In this document: in pieces, positions 60,636 to 64,000 of the stretch
Layout: each line of letters opens with the position of its first letter
Position numbering within the stretch: position 1 is the first letter of the stretch
The notes under the pieces: model-generated
What the model saw: only the letters and a program-made list of their open reading frames with translations
The model's database searches: none
Told to the model about the DNA's origin: nothing
Source of the DNA: Octopus sinensis
Taxonomy: Eukaryota
NCBI RefSeq assembly: GCF_006345805.1
Contig: NC_043000.1
Location: forward strand, 125,364,001 to 125,428,000
DNA length: 64,000 nucleotides
Direction: 5' to 3'
Program-made: the position numbers and the translations under genes

Positions 60636-60907
60636 ATATATATATATTTATTTATTATTACAAATTTGGGATTTTACCAATAGGACCACAACTTAAATTT
60701 CAGGACAACCTTATTTACTGGAGTACACATAGAAAATTGTCCAAAATACTAATCAAATAATATAAGCATTTTAAAGCCTACTGTAACATACAATAAGAAT
60801 AAAGTGCATTAGAATTAATTATAAATTATTTAAACATATTTAAAAAATATATATATACCTCTTACCTGTTATTAGTCTGTGGGGAAAGAAGATATTAATC
60901 AATGCTA

Positions 60908-60910
<3 letters not shown>

Positions 60911-60996
<86 letters not shown>

Positions 60997-61034
60997 TGTG
61001 TGTATACACATACACACACACATACACATACACA
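60911..61034. repeat. (GT)n followed by (CA)-rich tract
   Basis: Read directly. Confidence 0.97.
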
Positions 61035-61740
61035 CAAACCATGAGCTCCTACAGTGTTTTTATCTACTGACTTCAGTCAGTAGATGTTGATTGACTCGGG
61101 GGCCATAAAGAAAGTCATTTGCCCAAGGTAGGGCTGAACTTAAAACTGGGTGGTTGCAAAGCAAGATTCTTAACTGTAGCTGCACCTAATAGGAAAATTT
61201 TACAAATGAAAAGCAACAACCCTCTCAAATAACCACTTATCTATACTGAATGAAGAAAGTTTTGTTTAATTAATCTTTGAGGTTCCCATAATTAGTTATT
61301 TCTGAAAATGCAGGCTGTTTTGTAATATTTTCAATTAATATTTTTAATCCATTCATTTTCATGAAACTTAGTTAGGAATATATATTAGTTACATCTCAAA
61401 TTTTCTCTAAGTTTATATTGACTTTTTTTGATATTTGGTATTTAAGTCATATGACCTCAGCTTATTGATTCTAAGCAGTGGATTGTTGGAAATCAGGAGC
61501 GTGATGGAATTGGATGCCTTATAGGATTTGGTTATGTTCTTCTGTTTTTAGTTCAATATTCACGGAGATCAATAAGATTAGTATGAATAAAGGTTGGCCT
61601 TGTCTTGTCAGAAAGAAGTAAATATTGTCTTATCAGATATTTATGTGGAGAAAAATGACCTAGAGCCATCAGATATTTGATTATGACAATTCCATATATT
61701 CTAATCCACTTAGACATCAAATTCATATCAGTTTTGTGTG

Positions 61741-61771
<31 letters not shown>

Positions 61772-63873
61772 CAATTGAGATGTTATCTACTATAGACAAC
61801 ACACCACACAGATACATAGAATGTCATTTCTAAATGCATCCTTATTTTTAATACATAATGATTATCCTCCCAGAATTAATATTTTTAGAAAATTTATCAA
61901 GTCAAATGTAGCAAATTAAATCCTAGACTATTTATAGAAAGCTGTTTTGATAGAGAGAAAGCTAGAAAATGAAAATTAACCATCTTGGAAAAATGATCCA
62001 CTTTACAATTGTTGATCTATTTAATTTTATACCCATTGGCTTTTTAAATGTTGAAATCATTCATTGATTTCTAGAAAAAAAAAAAAATTAGAGGAAACCT
62101 ATAAAAGCTATGCTAAAAATTAAAATGACAAGTGCTATTTTTCATCTCCGTCTATTTTTACATCTCCATTAATTTTTATTTTTCTCTTCTATCTTTTCTT
62201 CTCTGCAACCTATCCCTTCCTTTATGTTTCTGCCATCATTCATTGCAGCTTTTCTCTTTTCTGAATGCTCATGCTGCTTCATAAATATTCATGAAATGCC
62301 TAGATTTTACAATTAATTCAATGTTTCCAGTGTTAAAAACACCTTAGATTTTTCTGAATGAAAAACTGCATGAAAGCAACTGTTGCAATAGCCCAATCAA
62401 AGCTAATGGAACATTAAATGACAGCTTTTATAGAATACAGGCCTGCATCATTTCTTCATGGATTAAATTGAATATTTAGTTACAATAATAAAATTAAACA
62501 CAGAAAGAATATTTTGATGAAAGTAAATTTTTACCATATGTTAATTAAGAATTCACTATTTATAGTAAATTTATAAATACACCATCATTCTGCAATAAAA
62601 CAGGCCCTCGTTTGCATTTTAAGTGTGTCCCAAACAAAGGAAGCCCGATTTCATTTCTTAAATGTATTTGTCTTGTGGAATATAGTTGATAACGGCAGTG
62701 TGTGTGTGGAATTAACATGGGAACAAGCATTACTAGCAGCAGTTAAGGCATCTCACAAGTTTGTATTGGCCTATCAGAGCTGTTCAATACTTTGGCATCT
62801 TGTTAAGTCATTTGTTTGCTGGAGCAGGCAATATCCTGGATGTATTTATTATCTAAATTACTAGTGCAGTTTTTCTTACGTTGTGGTTGTCTTAATTGTG
62901 GCTTTACACTAACAGAAGACGAAGATGAAATCACAAGTATTTATTTCCTTTCATACACTTCCTCTTGACATGGTTACAGTGACCTTCATAATGTATTCAG
63001 TGTTTTATAAAACTGAGTTCAATCATTCTGGCTGAAGGAGTAAACGAGGTTTCTAATTATTGGTGGGGAAAGTAGAAAGAGAGAGGTGGGGGTGGATTGG
63101 GGTCTGATTTTCCCTTTGGCTACTTCAGTTTCCCTATCAAAACCTCAAGGCTGTCATTGAGAATAAACCTACTGTTTGAAAATTTTTATAACAAGTTGTT
63201 CCATTTATTTCTAACATATGAGTAATCTTCATCTCTTATTTGATAATTTTATCGAAGAAAATACTGCAGCTATGAATAATTAATTTGTTTATAATTAACT
63301 AATTGTTCTGGCTAAAAGTCTATCAAAATCTATGGAGCGTATTCTAGTTAAATGTTTATGCTATAGCAGTTAGTCTTCATTTTTATTTGGTCTAAACTTA
63401 AAACTGCAATTCACACTACTGCAGTAATCACTGAACCATTTGTTATTTAATCTACTTCTAGATTAAAGGTATTGAGATAATGAAGTACTGTTTGGCTAAA
63501 AATAAAACAAAATAGTATTTTGTATATTTTGTTTACTAATCAACCAATGTATTGTTTATATTTTTTGTGAGCATATAATGTTTGTGTATGGTATAAGGAT
63601 TTTATTTTTAGCTTTACTTTCTGGAGTATGATATTGCTAACCTGTGTACTACAAAAATGTCCCTGAGTAATATGAACTGCATAATCAATTAGCAGAACAC
63701 TGGACAAAATGCTTTGCAGTATTTAGTTTTGATCTTTTACATTAGGAGCTCAAATCACTCTGAGGTCATCCTTGTTTGTCATCCTGCTGAGATTGATAAA
63801 GTAAGTTATCAGTTAAGTACCTGAAGGCAATTTTCAATTACATTGACATCAAGTAAGACATTGTGATTGTCCT

Positions 63874-64000
63874 TTAACCCTTTAGCATTCAGATTACTCT
63901 TGCAAATGTAATGTTTATTTATTCATTGTTTTTAACTAATCATCCATTACCTCCTAGTTTTGAAATTTCAGTGATGTGGTTATTTATTTTTTAAAATGAC
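63874..64000. mobile_element. Left end of piggyBac-type MITE
   Basis: TTAA-CCCTTTAGCATTCAGATTAC, matching the inverted terminus at 7800-7810. Confidence 0.75.

Larger units (their letters stand above)
36342..64000 (+). other. KIF13: Probable long downstream intron of the KIF13-like gene
   Basis: No 13-nt 'R-KxPK' exon or 'FAFDxCFWS' exon was found by eye in the rest of the window. Confidence 0.5.

Noticed and set aside
63605-63670. FWSM-coding stretch resembling KIF13 exon 4
   Set aside because: Lacks the preceding FAFDxC and following D/E, and reaches a stop. Chance match.

Overview
AT-rich, CpG-poor, microsatellite-rich animal DNA. The SINE, RTE and MITE landscape looks like Octopus (cephalopod); this is recognition from memory, not a search result. 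The window appears to be almost entirely intronic sequence of a + strand kinesin-3 gene (KIF13A/B, Khc-73 type). One well-supported coding exon is visible (33652-33724, EVDLAAKCIVNMDTTQTVLFHPKD-R), with the phase-1/phase-2 borders I recall for KIF13 exon 2. Two candidate in-frame 18-nt microexons follow it. Exon 1 and the following 'xxPK / xFAFDxCFWS' exons were not found and probably lie outside the window. The rest is tRNA-derived SINEs of several families, RTE 3' ends, relics of CR1/L2-group, R4/Dong-like, gypsy and Tc1/mariner elements, MITEs, an 18-bp minisatellite, local tandem duplications and many microsatellites. The ORFs in the supplied track are repeat-derived or chance. The most notable signal is five minimal type-I hammerhead ribozyme motifs from three unrelated small retroelement families. 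Two families form head-to-head fold-back palindromes, one of them with a tRNA-like Pol III head. The third carries a rare compensatory G3-C8 core and a perfect 13-bp target-site duplication. No CRISPR array, rRNA gene or intact tRNA gene is supported.
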